64,000 nucleotides of DNA from the human T2T-CHM13v2.0 reference genome, Homo sapiens. The translations under genes and the position numbers were made by a program. Shown here in pieces: positions 36,803 through 64,000 of the stretch (positions are counted from its first letter, which is position 1; every line of letters starts with the position of its first letter). The stretch lies in the NCBI RefSeq assembly GCF_009914755.1, contig NC_060941.1. One strand, written 5' to 3'. A model generated the notes under the pieces. The model made no database searches and had not been told where the DNA came from. It saw only the letters and a list, made by a program, of their open reading frames with translations.

Positions 36803-38309
36803 CCCAGCTGCGGGGGACATGTTCAAGTTGGCTGTCCTTTTTGCCTCCACTGCCCGTTTGCTGTGGAGTTGTGCCCTTGTCTCCTTCAAGCTCCCCTAGC
36901 CACCCACGCATCATCTTTCCTGCCCGAGCTCAGCTCCCCATCCTGAGACTTCCTATTTCTGCCCACAGCCACATCATTTTCTCCACCATCCTCCTCAGAA
37001 CTATCTTTGACCCCTGGTGCTCCTACCCTTTCCTGATGCCACTCCACCTACGCCTTACATCAGTCACCAAATCTCAGCATCACAGTCTGACCAAAAGGGA
37101 AACTTCTCATCTGACTCCTCTGATGCACAGAGATGGAGCTGAGCCCTAGAGATAGGGAGTGACTTGCTGGGGTCACATGGTGATTTCATGGCGAGACTGG
37201 ACCACAGCCCAGGCCCCTGGGATCCACTCCTACCCTGACTGCCCATCGGCAAAATGCTTCCTGAGGACAAGGCTCTCTCCATCCTTCTGTCCCTTCCTGA
37301 GCCCTGCCCTTGCCTCCCCTCCTCGGGAGGCTGCGGAAGCCTCGTGGGCCTTCTCCAGCCAGCCACTCTGGCCACTCCAGCATTCCTTTCGCTGCTTTCA
37401 TTTGGGTCACCCCTGTGGAGATAGCTTCAGTGTTTCCCAGTGACCTAGAAGCAAAGTCCATCTGTTGGCAAGCATTTATTGAGCATCTATTATTATGTGC
37501 TAGGGGCTGGGGAGCCCAAGATGAACCAGGCATAGGCCCAGCCTTCAATCAGCCTGGCCCATATGCTGCCTTGGCCTGGCATTCACATTTCCACCTGCTC
37601 CTCCTGCCTGCTACACCGACCCACCACTGCCTCAAGCAGCCTACATCCACAGCGGGATGCCTGCACTGCTGCTTCCGCGTGTGCTGGCCTGTTGGCCCTG
37701 TGTGTGTAGTATCCTGGCCCCGTCAAGAGCTTGTGCTGTCTTCAGTGCCCTGAAGTCAGCCCCTCTGCATGCACGCCCTTCTGCAGCCCTCTGGCCTCCG
37801 TGGCCAGGTGGCGAGTCCTGTTTCTGTCCTGGGTTAACTGAAGCCTTGGCAGCTGCCCTTGCTGCCTCATGGGGTGTTTTTTGGCCTCTATCCCTCTCTC
37901 CCTCCACTCCACCCTCCCTTTTTGCTACCGCCTGTCTCTTCTGGTTTTTGCTATTGCCTGGAAGGTAGGGGACGTCACGGTGCTTTGTGCAGTAGAGGTA
38001 GCCCTGATTCCATGGCACTGACACCCCCACCTCAAACGCAGCCCCCCATGATGTTTCCTCTCTGGGGAAGCACAGCCGTGGCTGAACAGACACAGGCGAG
38101 CCCCTCAGCCCGGGTGCCTGTCCCCACACCCACCCAGGATCCAGAAACCTGGGGCCCTCACAGGGAGTTCCTGCTCAGTCCCCAACAGGAAGTGTTCCTG
38201 CCTGTGCTAGAACTGGGCATGTCCTTGCTTTCGACCCTGAGAAACCTGTCTGGCTGGAAGGCACAGATGCCTAACATTTTGAGGGACATTTTACTTTTCC
38301 TGAGAGTTT

Positions 38310-40160
<1,851 letters not shown>

Positions 40161-40376
40161 GGGGCTTGTGTTTGACCAGACATCACTCTCTGTGAGTCAT
40201 CCAGCACTGTGCCTTGCATGGGGACATACTTGCTATTTGTGTGGTATGTGTCTTTTTAGCATACAGAATTACCTTTCTTTTCTTCTTGAAACTGTGGATA
40301 GGTTACATGAGCAATCATGAGGTCACCACCACCTCCACCAATTTGGAAATTAGGGAACTAGGATTTCCCTTGGAGA

Positions 40377-40562
40377 GAGGGTGGTCAGGTTTTACAAATA
40401 AAAATACAGGGTGCTTAGTTAAACAGAATTTCAAATGAACAACAAATCACTTTTAATGTAGGTATATCCCATGAAATTTATGGGACATGCTTATACTAAA
40501 AAATCACTCATTGTTCATCTGAAATTCTGATGTGACTGAGAATCCTGTATTTTTTTGGCAAT
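40377..40562. mobile_element. MER53 palindromic hAT MITE
   Basis: aaataaaaatacagg...tatcccatgaaattttatgggacatgcttatactaaaaaa...tcctgtattttt..ggcaa, an imperfect whole-element palindrome. Confidence 0.8.
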
Positions 40563-40787
40563 TACAAAACTAAAACTGTAGAACCAATGCATATGGATTA
40601 GAAGAAATATAAAGTTCTAATGTAAAGAAATGTAAGGTTACCTTAAGAGATCAGAATGTGTTCTTTAGCAAGACTTGATTACAACTGAAGTTTGTAAAAA
40701 AAAAAAAAAAAAAAAAGGTATATTTACAAAAACACTTCTAACCTCTTGTAAGGTACCTTAAGAACGTGCCAATCAGAAAGGGGGTTA

Positions 40788-43671
<2,884 letters not shown>

Positions 43672-44394
43672 TCATAGTGACTCACATCAACAGGTCCTTT
43701 TGTCAGCGGGCATTTCCGTAATTAGAACTTGTGACCAACACATCCAACCACGAGGATATATCACAAGTACTTGTCTCCAGCGCTGGTTTCTTAGCAAAAA
43801 AAAAACTTGTTAAATGTCAGGGCTTTGTGTTTTTGCCTTTGGGCTTTTGCCATGCCTGGTTATTGGGCACCTTCTGGTAATAAACAGTTGAAAGGAGCTG
43901 TTCCCATGTCTTATTTAATTCTCTCATTAAGCCTGTGGGCCAGAGGTTCTTATTGTTCATACCCCTGGATAAACACACTGAGTCCCAGGGAGGTAAAGTG
44001 CCTTGGCTGAGGGCCACCCAGGAGCTGGTGGTGCCTCAGCTGAACCCAAGTCCACAGACCGTGGAGTTCGCGCCCTCTCACTGTGGCACACGGGCCTGAG
44101 CCTCAGGAACACTGCAAAGTAGGTTGGCTTCCCCCTTACGGAGCCCCTATCCGGGACAGCCTCAATCCCTCAGGGCCCCTCTCGGTGCCTGCTTGGCTGA
44201 CTGGGCAGCCCAGAGAGAACAGTGACCCAGAAAAGCAAGAGGAGAGTTTCCAGGAGGACAGAACACTGGTGCTATCAGGTGCCAGGAGCAGCGTGTGCCA
44301 CGTGTGACCCTGCTCTGCTGTGGCTTTTTGGTACGTGCTGTGCCCTCAGCCTGGGCTGCCGTGGACTGGCCGTCCCTACCCCTCCAAGACTTAG

Positions 44395-45498
<1,104 letters not shown>

Positions 45499-48400
45499 TA
45501 GCTTCAAATTATATATACACTGCTTGGGACTTTTTAAAACATTTCAGCAAGATCTTGGGGACATCCTTCCATGATAATACGCATAGCATGAGATTGTTCT
45601 TTTTAATGACTACATAATATTTTATTGTGAGAGCATAACTTTATTGAACTTATGTATAAACACTAGTGGTGAGCATCCATCTTTCAGCTTTTCAGAATTA
45701 AAAACAACACTGTGATGAGCCATCCTTATACATGGATTCTTTCTGGAATAAGAAATAAATGGACTGAAAAATTAGAATGTACAATTCTAGAGGTCCCACG
45801 TTGTCAAATTATGTTGAAAAATGTGCACCACGAAAAAGTCTAAAAGTTCAGCCAAGATTCACATGGGTCATTTCTGGGCAAAAGGACCAGGCATGGTTTT
45901 GTTGTTCTTCCTATTCTTCTGTCCTCAGCTTTTCTATTCTAAGTGTGTCCTTCGTTACGCTGATGCAAGTTGGCATTTTTACATTGCACAAGAATATATG
46001 GTTTTAATCCACGCAAGTGTCATCTCTGACGACGCTCTCTTTTCAGTTCCTCCTGCACCACACTTGCTCTCATCATCTGCTACAGGGGAGGGACCTGCTA
46101 GCCCCGTGCCTAAGTTAGCACCAGCAGGAACCCACAGGTGTTCAGTGGGGAGTCGCTGACTGCCTTGGAGAAGTGTATTTGAGACAAGCTGTTAATGGCT
46201 CACGGTCCTAGGGTAACCCCCTCGGCTGGCATCTGCATTTAGCACAGCAGTGAGCCAAGCAGTTTCCAGCTTTTGGGAAAAAAGCCTTGAGGGGTCCCTA
46301 AGGGCAAGAAGGCCTTTCCTGGCTCAGTCCAATCAGACACCTGCTGCGGCTGTGCTTCTTCTGGCCACAGGTCCCTGTCTTTGTTGGTTCCCTGCACTGA
46401 CCTGGCCAAAAGGAAGCTGCTTGCTTCTGGGCAGCGGCTGTTCCCTCCCCCAGAAAGTCTAAAAGGACACAGAGGACGTCTTCAGTATTTCTGTATAGGT
46501 CACAAGTGAAGTGGGTCGCTGTCGCTGTTTTACGTTTGGTTGGTGCTGAGACACTTCCTCTTTCATATTTGTCTTATTCAGACCATCTCCTCCATCCCCC
46601 TTGGAGTCTGAAAAAGGCGAAATTGAAAGAAAAACTGAAAATTTCAAACCGAGCTACAGTGCAGGAGACCATGCTGTCATCCTGAAGCAGAGGCTGGGGA
46701 CATCACCAAGAGGATCACAGCATCCTCCAGGGTTCAACTGAGGCCACTGACCCAGCCTTTTTCTTTTATTTTCTTTCTTTCTTCTTCTTTTTTTAAATAG
46801 AAATCAGAGTCTTGCTAGGTTGCCCAGGCTGATCTCAAACTCCTGAGCTCAAACAATCCTCCCACCTCAGCCTTCTAAAGTGCTGGGATTACAGGCTTGA
46901 GTCACTATACCCAGCCTGACCAGGGACTTTCTTCCTCCCCTCATTCGAACTTTCTTAGCTCCCACTCAAGTCTTCCTAAATGCTATGTGGTATTCTTGGG
47001 ACTCCTAATTCCTAATTTTTCAGGAAGTGAAATGATATTCTTAAGGTAAAAACCAAAATCTGCTTTTGCTCAATTCTTTGACTTTACTGTATTTATATGC
47101 CATATGTATATATATAGAGAGAGAAAGAGTGCATATAGATATACACACACATATGTACACACACACACACACACACACACAATCAGATTGTGGTAGCTTT
47201 TGGAAACTCTCTGAGGCACAGAAAATAAGTTGCCTGACAAGACATCAAAGAATTGCAAAAGAGACCACAGCCCCAAAGGCCTTACTGACTGCTTTGCGAT
47301 TTGTAGCATGACTGCTGATAAGCATCTATTTGCTTCAGTAAATAGAGATGAAGTAGAATCATAACATTTGTTCCAGGAAAGAGTAACTAAAGTGGGAAAT
47401 CATAAACAACAAAGCATAAAAAAATCTTAACCTAGTGGACTAAAAGATTTCTTGCTTTTTTCATTTCTGCTAATGGCCTCTCTCCCTTGGCACTGCCAGA
47501 ACTGGTCCATTAAAGGTGAATCGAGCCTCAGTTTGCAGGCAGGACGTGGTCCAAAAGATCATTTGTAAGTTGGTTGTTTGGACCAAAGAATGTGTTTCCC
47601 CCTAGAAACCATTTTTCTCAGGGTGACTGGGTTCTCAGTTTTGCTTGTACAGTGCCGTTCAACTTCCACTGAAGCTGAGCTCTGGGTCTTTGAGGGCAGG
47701 TTCTCTGCAGTGCAGGAGGGAGAAAACAGGTCACCTGCTGCTTCTTTGCATAGAGCCCTGGCTCTGAGCACAATTTAAGCATAAATTGTTTTCTTTTCTA
47801 CTTTCCCAACTCCCTTTTGGCATCCAGGTCCAGGGCCCTAGTCCCTGGATTGCAGCATCCTTTCCTAATGTGCTTTACCCACCTCTGGGCTGCTTGCCTG
47901 CTGAGGGGGGTCTGTGACCCCAAATTACCCACTTACTCCTGCTTCCTGACCAATCAGACTTCCATTTCCTCAGGGCAGTTGATATCAGCTAAGGGCCAGG
48001 GGAAAAGCAAAAGGAGCAGATATGAATTCACACTAGTAGGTGAATCATGGAGAACCTCTTAACCCTCTTAATGTCTTCTCGTGTTAAAACGAATTGGTTG
48101 TGAGACTTGAGAGTCCTTGTGGCAGTATGGGTTAGGGATGAACACGGTGGCTAAGGATTCAGAATTCACACACACATTAGTGGGACTCTTAGGCTCTTCA
48201 CTGCACCTGCTTCCAGAACACTGGCAGTCAGTTAGGAAACGATCCTACTCTGGAAAAAAATGGGATGGTCACAGAGAAGAAACTTTCAGGTTCAGACACT
48301 GGGAGACTCCCCTCAGTGAATAAGCTGATTATCTGCCAGATCGCCTCTGAGAATAAGCCACATTCATGCACACAGAACCCCCCACCAGTTTTTTGTGCAT

Positions 48401-48566
48401 CATAATGAAATCTTAACAGCCAAAGATTACCAGATGTTGATGGAAAGTTCTAACATGAAACAAAAAGACCAAACAGAGGAAACAACAGAACAAATCTTCA
48501 AAAGTAGTATAGTTACTATCTATAGAGAAATACGAAAAGACATTTTATCCATGAAATGAGAGGGTG

Positions 48567-48926
48567 TATTTTAGACTGTTTGGGATGCTATAAGAAAATA
48601 TGATAAACTGGATGGTTTACAAACAACAGAAATTTATTTCCCACGGTTCTAGGAACTGGAATCCAAGATCAAGGTGCTGATCTGGTGTCTGGGGAGGGCC
48701 TGCTTTCTGGTTCAGAGATAGTGTCTTCTTGCAGTGGCCTCACGTGGCAGAAGGGGTGAGCTGACTCCCTTGGGTCTCTTTCATAAAGGCACTAATACTA
48801 TTCATAAGAGTTCCACTCTCATGACCTGATCACCTCTCAAAAGTTCCCATCTACAAATACTATCACATTGGGGGTAAGGTCTCAACATATAAATTTTGTG
48901 GGGACACAGACATTCAAACCATAGCA
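48567..48926. mobile_element. MaLR solo LTR (MLT1A/MST-like) inserted in an old L1
   Basis: 360 bp ending cattcaaaccatagca; 5-bp TSD GGGTG at 48562-48566 and 48927-48931. Confidence 0.8.
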
Positions 48927-48929
48927 GGG

Positions 48930-50270
48930 TGCAAAATAAAATAATCATAACAAGAAAGGGATTTTGGCTATGAAAAAGCAGAATAGTTGAAAGTAAGTAT
49001 TCAAAAGAAAAGATAGAAAATAATTGATGACCATAGTACAAAAAGATGGAAAAATGTGAGAGAGAGGAAAATCTGAGGATTCATTCTGAAAGTCCAACAT
49101 CCAGCAAGAATGGAGGGCAGGAAATTATCAAAGAAATAATACCAGAAAATTTCTCAGAATGAAAGGATAAGAGTCTCAGTATCGAAGCGCCTGCTAAGTG
49201 AGCCACAAAATGAATGGGAAGAAAGGTTCAGGCTAAGGCACATCTTTATAACCCTTCAGAACTCTAAGGATAAAAAGGAGATACTAAAATCTTCCTAAAA
49301 ATAACAGATAACATACAAAGGACTAGGAATCAAAATGGCATTGAACATCTCAGTAGCAACATTGGAAGTCAGAAGAAACTGGAGCAAACTGTTTATAATA
49401 CTGAGGGGAAATGATTTGCAATCTAGAATTCCACACCAACCCAGATAAATTCTCAATCAAGTATGAGGGCAGAATAAAAACATTTTCAGATGTCAAAGAT
49501 CTCACAATATTTATCTCTATGTACCTTTATTCCAGAAGGTTCTGGGGATGTGCTGCTGAAACCAAACGAGTCAGCCAGGAAAGAGGAAGACACAGAATTT
49601 AATAATTTAAGAAACAGGGGATCCAACAGAGCAAAGTGTAGTTGTAGTCCTAGGAACAGCTATGCAGTAGGCCCATGGACAACCAGTATAGATATGAATG
49701 GGGAGATGAAGTTACCCAGAAAAAAAATGTAACCAGTGTGCATGGGCCATGTAGAGAAGCATTAAAAAACAAAGAATCAGAGAATCATAAAAAATGAGGC
49801 ACATGCATATTATATAATTTTTTAAGAAAATAAATAATAGAAATCAAGTGATGATTAACTCTAGGCAAAAATAAAGAGGTTCTACAAGAACGAAAGCATG
49901 GTCATGTACACTACTTGGCTCTGTAGTGCACAATGTTTGCATAATTATCATAATGTAAACACTGACCACCAGATTCAACCAAAATTTATGATAGAATCAC
50001 AAGAGGAATGATAGGTGGAAAGTATGATGTATGAGAGTTAAGTCCTCATTTCTCATGGCAGTAAACTAACAGATGCTACCTAAAATTAAAAGATCAAGAA
50101 ATCTCATTATACACACATTGTTGAGAAACATGGAGATAAATACCAGAAAAAACAGCTAAAGAGTTGAGAACAGTAGCCTCTAGGAAGATGGCCTATGGGG
50201 TGGGGACTATTACTTTTCATTACAATGCTTTTAGTACTTCTTAGCTTTTAAAAATGTGTACTTGGAATAT
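48930..50270 (+). mobile_element. Ancient L1M ORF1-region fragments
   Basis: gaaattatcaaagaaataataccagaaaatttctcagaa; ggaatcaaaatggcattgaacatctcagtagcaacattggaag. Confidence 0.7.
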
Positions 50271-50289
50271 TTTCATACATATAGTAATT

Positions 50290-54133
<3,844 letters not shown>

Positions 54134-54569
54134 AGTTATTTAAGAAAATAAATATTAGACCATGCAGAAATAATGCTATCCTAAAATTTGTGAGCAAGTA
54201 CAAAGTTCATGATTTAGAAATTTAAACAGTTTAAACGCAAAATGAAGTTCTTTTTAATGAATACCAAAAAACTGACTGAAAATCTAGTGAATACCTTTTA
54301 TGCTTCAGACACCTCGTATAGAGAGTCTTTACCCTCAAGCATCTCGCAGTTGAGTAAGGGTGACATGTAAGAAATAGGTTACAATCATTGTGACAAGGAC
54401 AACTGCAGTATTATTATGTACACACAAGGCAATGAACAGGCAGAAGTAAAGTTTTGTCATGAGGCAGGATGAGGCTATAGAAGAGGTGACAACTAAGCTA
54501 AAGAAGCCACTCAGGATGTCAGAAGACAGCTGTTCAGTCAAAAACAGGCACAGTATCCAAAGGAACTCA

Positions 54570-57100
<2,531 letters not shown>

Positions 57101-57884
57101 ATCTTCTCCCGCAGCTTCCCTAGATTAGGCTTGGGAGGCAAGAGGAGGCCTCCTGACCTTTCACACTGCCTTTTTAATATTAAGATGAAGTCACACTCCA
57201 CAACTTTCTTCCAGCCAGGCCCAGACATGTCCGTCCTTGTAAGTTAAAAGCTTCCATGGGAGCCTTCCTTCCTAATCAAGGTAGGTAGACTACAGGAAGG
57301 TACATCTTGTTTTATATTTTGTCCTGTAGAAGTCAGATTTCAGCCCAGTTGTGTAGGAGTGAGGATGAGCCTATGCTTATATCAGAGCTTTGAGTACAGA
57401 GACATTTGGTCTGGAATTTTAGCCAGCCTCTTCAACCCCAGAATTTATAGGTTCAATCAGAACAGACATTAGCTTAAGTTTTCCCATCAATCGTCTATCA
57501 TTAAACTGGCAAAATCTAAATAATTAGAAAATATGACAAAGATGATCCAGACAGAGATGTTCAACTTTTTCCTTAATTCAAAAAGCCTCGTGGTGGAACA
57601 TCGGACCCATTCAAGAGGAAGGATGAAAGCTCTATATAGGAACACGATGTGAATGGAAGAAACCTGTCATTGTGAGGCTGGCTTTTGATTAGTCATCTGA
57701 TGTCTTCCCTAATGTGACATGACTTTGAGGCCATAAACTTCAGTGGCTAAGCTGTAGTTTCTCAGCCTGCAGTTAAATTGCAGAAATGATAGGGCTTACA
57801 TTAGTTTTGTTTTTATTTGATGTTGAAGATCTTTGAGTCACATTAGAAACGATGAGTATTTTTCATGTGGCACTAATGAGTTAA

Positions 57885-58513
<629 letters not shown>

Positions 58514-58762
58514 ACCACTAGTTTTTGTAATGGGAGCAGGTTCCATATGAGATGGAGGAATGGATTTCATGATTGTCTTTTTAATTTCTTAGATCTCCAA
58601 GAAATTGGACATGAGGAAACCACTCTAAGTGTGACCACTCTAAAGCATTAGCAATCAGTCATTTCACTCTAGGGAGAAATCAGAGCTGAAATATAGAGGA
58701 TAGGTAAAGTCCCCAATGTAGATATGTATTTTTATATTTGATTACTTGCTTTTTTTTGTTAG

Positions 58763-59045
58763 ATGCAAATAATACGGCACTCCGAACAGACACTAAAAAC
58801 AGCTCTCATCTCAAAGAACCCAGTGCTTGTATCACAGTATGAGAAATTAGATGCTGGGGAACAACGTTTAATGAATGAAGCCTTCCAGCCAGCCAGTGAT
58901 CTCTTTGGACCCATTACCTTGCATTCTCCATCAGATTGGATCACCTCCCACCCTGAGGCTCCCCAAGACTTTGAACAGTTCTTCAGTGATCCTTACAGAA
59001 AGACACCCTCTCCAAACAAACGCAGCATTTATATACAGTCCATTG
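58763..59045 (+). CDS. AMZ2: Archaemetzincin-2, coding exon 1 (283 nt)
   Basis: tttttttgttag|ATG; MQIIRHSEQTLKTALISKNPVLVSQYEKL...SIYIQSIG; donor G|GTAAAT. Confidence 0.95.
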
Positions 59046-59368
59046 GTAAATACTGGTAATGTGCTGGTTTTGGTTCAGTTTTGCAGTGGCGCTCTTGTCA
59101 GGAATAGTCCAGGCTATGGGTCTGATTCAGATGGGCCGTTTTAGGATCGTTTTTGATATTCATTGCGGCGGTACAAGTTTTGTAGCCAAACTGACTTAAA
59201 AGATAACATTTTGTTTCTTTTTGTTTCATAGCAACACCAATGAATGATAAAGGTTATTGAAAATTTAGAGTTGGTTTTGTTTCTAATTTGAATCTTCTTA
59301 CTCATAGACTGGGTAAACACTGAATAATCATCTTAAAGTCTGTTTTTAAATGTTCTTCCATATTGTAG

Positions 59369-59542
59369 GCTCTCTAGGAAACACCAGAATTATCAGTGAA
59401 GAATATATTAAATGGCTCACGGGCTACTGTAAAGCATATTTCTATGGCTTGAGAGTAAAACTCCTAGAACCAGTTCCTGTTTCTGTAACAAGATGTTCCT
59501 TTAGAGTCAATGAGAACACACACAACCTACAAATTCATGCAG
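59369..59542 (+). CDS. AMZ2: Archaemetzincin-2, coding exon 2 (174 nt)
   Basis: tgtag|GC...GCAG|gtgaat; SLGNTRIISEEYIKWLTGYCKAYFYGLRVKLLEPVP...NLQIHAG; phase 1-1. Confidence 0.95.
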
Positions 59543-59624
59543 GTGAATTACACGACTTTGCAATTCGAACTGAGTATATGTATATAATATACACTCATAC
59601 ATTTATGTATTTCTTTTTAAATAG

Positions 59625-59753
59625 GGGACATCCTGAAGTTCTTGAAAAAGAAGAAACCTGAAGATGCCTTCTGTGTTGTGGGAATAACAATGATTGATCT
59701 TTACCCAAGAGACTCGTGGAATTTTGTCTTTGGACAGGCCTCTTTGACAGATG
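59625..59753 (+). CDS. AMZ2: Archaemetzincin-2, coding exon 3 (129 nt)
   Basis: aaatag|GG...GATG|gtattc; DILKFLKKKKPEDAFCVVGITMIDLYPRDSWNFVFGQASLTDG; phase 1-1. Confidence 0.95.
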
Positions 59754-60036
59754 GTATTCCGTTTTTGGCATTGTTGTTAGAAGCTTCTTCAGCTTGAGAA
59801 TATTTGAAGATGTTAGAAGAGGGAAAAAATTCCAACCAAGAATCATATTGATATTTAAAATATTTTCAGTTGAGACATTATGCCATAATGGGAAGTGTGC
59901 TGTTGGTAGATTGTGATAATCTAGGTTCTGGTTGGCCACTCACTACCTACAGGACCTTAAAGGTAACAATACCCACATCATGGAGTCATTTGGAGATAAT
60001 TTACATAAAAGTGCCTGTACATAAAAAGTGTGGATA

Positions 60037-62648
<2,612 letters not shown>

Positions 62649-62979
62649 TGAGTACTTGATTTGGAGTACTTGCTACTTTCAGAAAAAGACTTCTTTTGTG
62701 GGAAAAGACTCTCTGAAACTTCAGTTTCTCAAGCATTTGACCTCAAGTCCATTAAGTTTTACAAGGCAAGGCAAAGTGGATAGCAGCAAAAGATTTTGAT
62801 AGGGAAATCTGGGGCAAAAGTCTTCCTTTTTGGTGGCAAACCATAAGTGTATCAGATGGTGTGGACACAGTGACACAGAGATGCACTCACTGGCCAGATG
62901 GGCCAGCAGTCTCTTCTTTCTTTGGTCTTTCTTCAGGGACCTTACTCTCATTCTGTCACTGTTTGTCCTTTTTTTGTAG

Positions 62980-63143
62980 GTGTGGGGATATTCAGCTTTG
63001 CCAGGTATGGCAGTGATTTTTATAGCATGCACTATAAAGGCAAAGTGAAGAAGCTCAAGAAAACATCTTCAAGTGACTATTCAATTTTCGACAACTATTA
63101 TATTCCAGAAATAACTAGTGTTTTACTACTTCGATCCTGTAAG
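62980..63143 (+). CDS. AMZ2: Archaemetzincin-2, coding exon 4 (164 nt); gene continues beyond the window
   Basis: ttttgtag|GT...AAG|gtaagt; VGIFSFARYGSDFYSMHY...LLLRSCK. The four exons total 750 nt = 250 open codons; the HEXXH zinc motif exon is not in the window. Confidence 0.95.
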
Positions 63144-63869
63144 GTAAGTTATTACAAAAATCTGACAGGACAGTTCTTTAAAAGAGATCTTAGTTCCGTA
63201 AACTGTATATTGTCAGTCCGTAAGGTAATATTATAAATGAGTTTGTATCATTTGTATAATTTTGGTGCATAGTGCTTGACTGAAATGATCAGTAAAACAA
63301 TTTAAATGGATACCTTCATATTGAAATTTACAATATCAGTGCCAGTTTTTCTGTACTACTAGTTACAGCCTTGGCTGTACCCATGTGCTATTAGTGTAAT
63401 TCTGAATTCTGGTATGAGTGGGTAACCTACTTTTTCAAGCTACTGTGGTCATTGGGCAAAGCTGCTTTCCCCAGGCCTTTGGAGAACCTCTGCTCTGGCC
63501 TCTCTGGGAGCCTGGGCCTTCCTGCCCTGGGCTCCAGGTTACCCTCGACTGTAGTTGTCCTGGCAGTTCCTGATATCCCCAACTCGGTTTTGTGGAAAGC
63601 CTATCTCCCCTTTCTCCATAGCCAGAGAGATGGGCTTTTCCTTCAGCTAGAGAAATTCTGCTTTTACCTGTACTATTTGTTGGGGTTTGACAGCTACACC
63701 TCTGAGAACTACATTCTCACAGTGTGTTTCATGGGCCCCCTGTGTCATTGCCACCTGATGTTCTCATTAGCATGCAGATCAAGCCCCCTTTCTCCCAGAC
63801 CTACTGAAATCAGCATCTCTAGGGGAAGAGCCCCAGAATCAGAATTACAACAAGTACCCTAGTGTAGAT

Positions 63870-64000
63870 CAAGGGTTCTCAGCCAGGGGTGATTTTGCCA
63901 TCCAGGGAATATTAGCAACGTCTGGAGACATTTTTGATTTTCACAATCAGGGAGGGAGTTCTGTTGGCCTCTAGTGGGTAGAGCCAGGGATGCTGCAAAG
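63870..64000. mobile_element. MER20-like hAT element (runs off the window)
   Basis: ggttctcagccaggggtgattttgcc...gtctggagacatttttg...ctagtgggtagagccagggatgctgc. Confidence 0.75.

Noticed and set aside
44214-44278. 65-nt plus-strand candidate exon that would put the BPTF-frame ATG 14908 in frame with AMZ2
   Set aside because: Purine-rich acceptor and weak donor (GTGCCA); not supportable without RNA data
54335-54541. Hydrophobic minus-strand 68-aa ORF as a transmembrane exon for the antisense chain
   Set aside because: Its 3' part resembles an L2 3' end; non-ATG start and no convincing splice sites
58593-58703. Cassette exon in AMZ2 intron 1
   Set aside because: The following intron would be only 59 nt; at most an alternative acceptor

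Overview
Human (or great-ape) genomic DNA, Alu-dense, most consistent with the 17q24 segmental-duplication mosaic just upstream of AMZ2 (locus assignment is from memory of the protein sequences, not a database search). On the + strand, in order: an AT-rich, L1-containing block (1-3.8 kb); a duplicated ARHGAP27 5' end with its CpG island and a disabled first coding exon (about 5-8.4 kb); a duplicated BPTF promoter, disabled exon 1 and start of intron 1 (about 13.6-16.5 kb); a full solo LTR12 (ERV9) with target-site duplication (16465-17817); about 38 kb of repeat-rich DNA; then the AMZ2 (archaemetzincin-2) CpG-island promoter, a non-coding exon 1 and four intact coding exons (codons 1-250; the gene continues past the window). 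Main observations: (i) three promoter-bearing modules are stacked in sense orientation ahead of AMZ2, whose first coding exon starts exactly at the ATG; direct splicing of the BPTF-derived donor would add an in-frame 64-aa basic extension; (ii) the substitution that removed the BPTF start codon creates a YAG acceptor; (iii) the ARHGAP27 copy was truncated by a templated insertion copied from 2 kb upstream, leaving an SH3-only ORF; (iv) other template-switch scars lie nearby; (v) a phase-compatible minus-strand exon chain ends in an ITIM-like motif. Most ORF-track entries are Alu, GC-rich or microsatellite artefacts. Repeat coordinates are approximate unless a TSD is cited.
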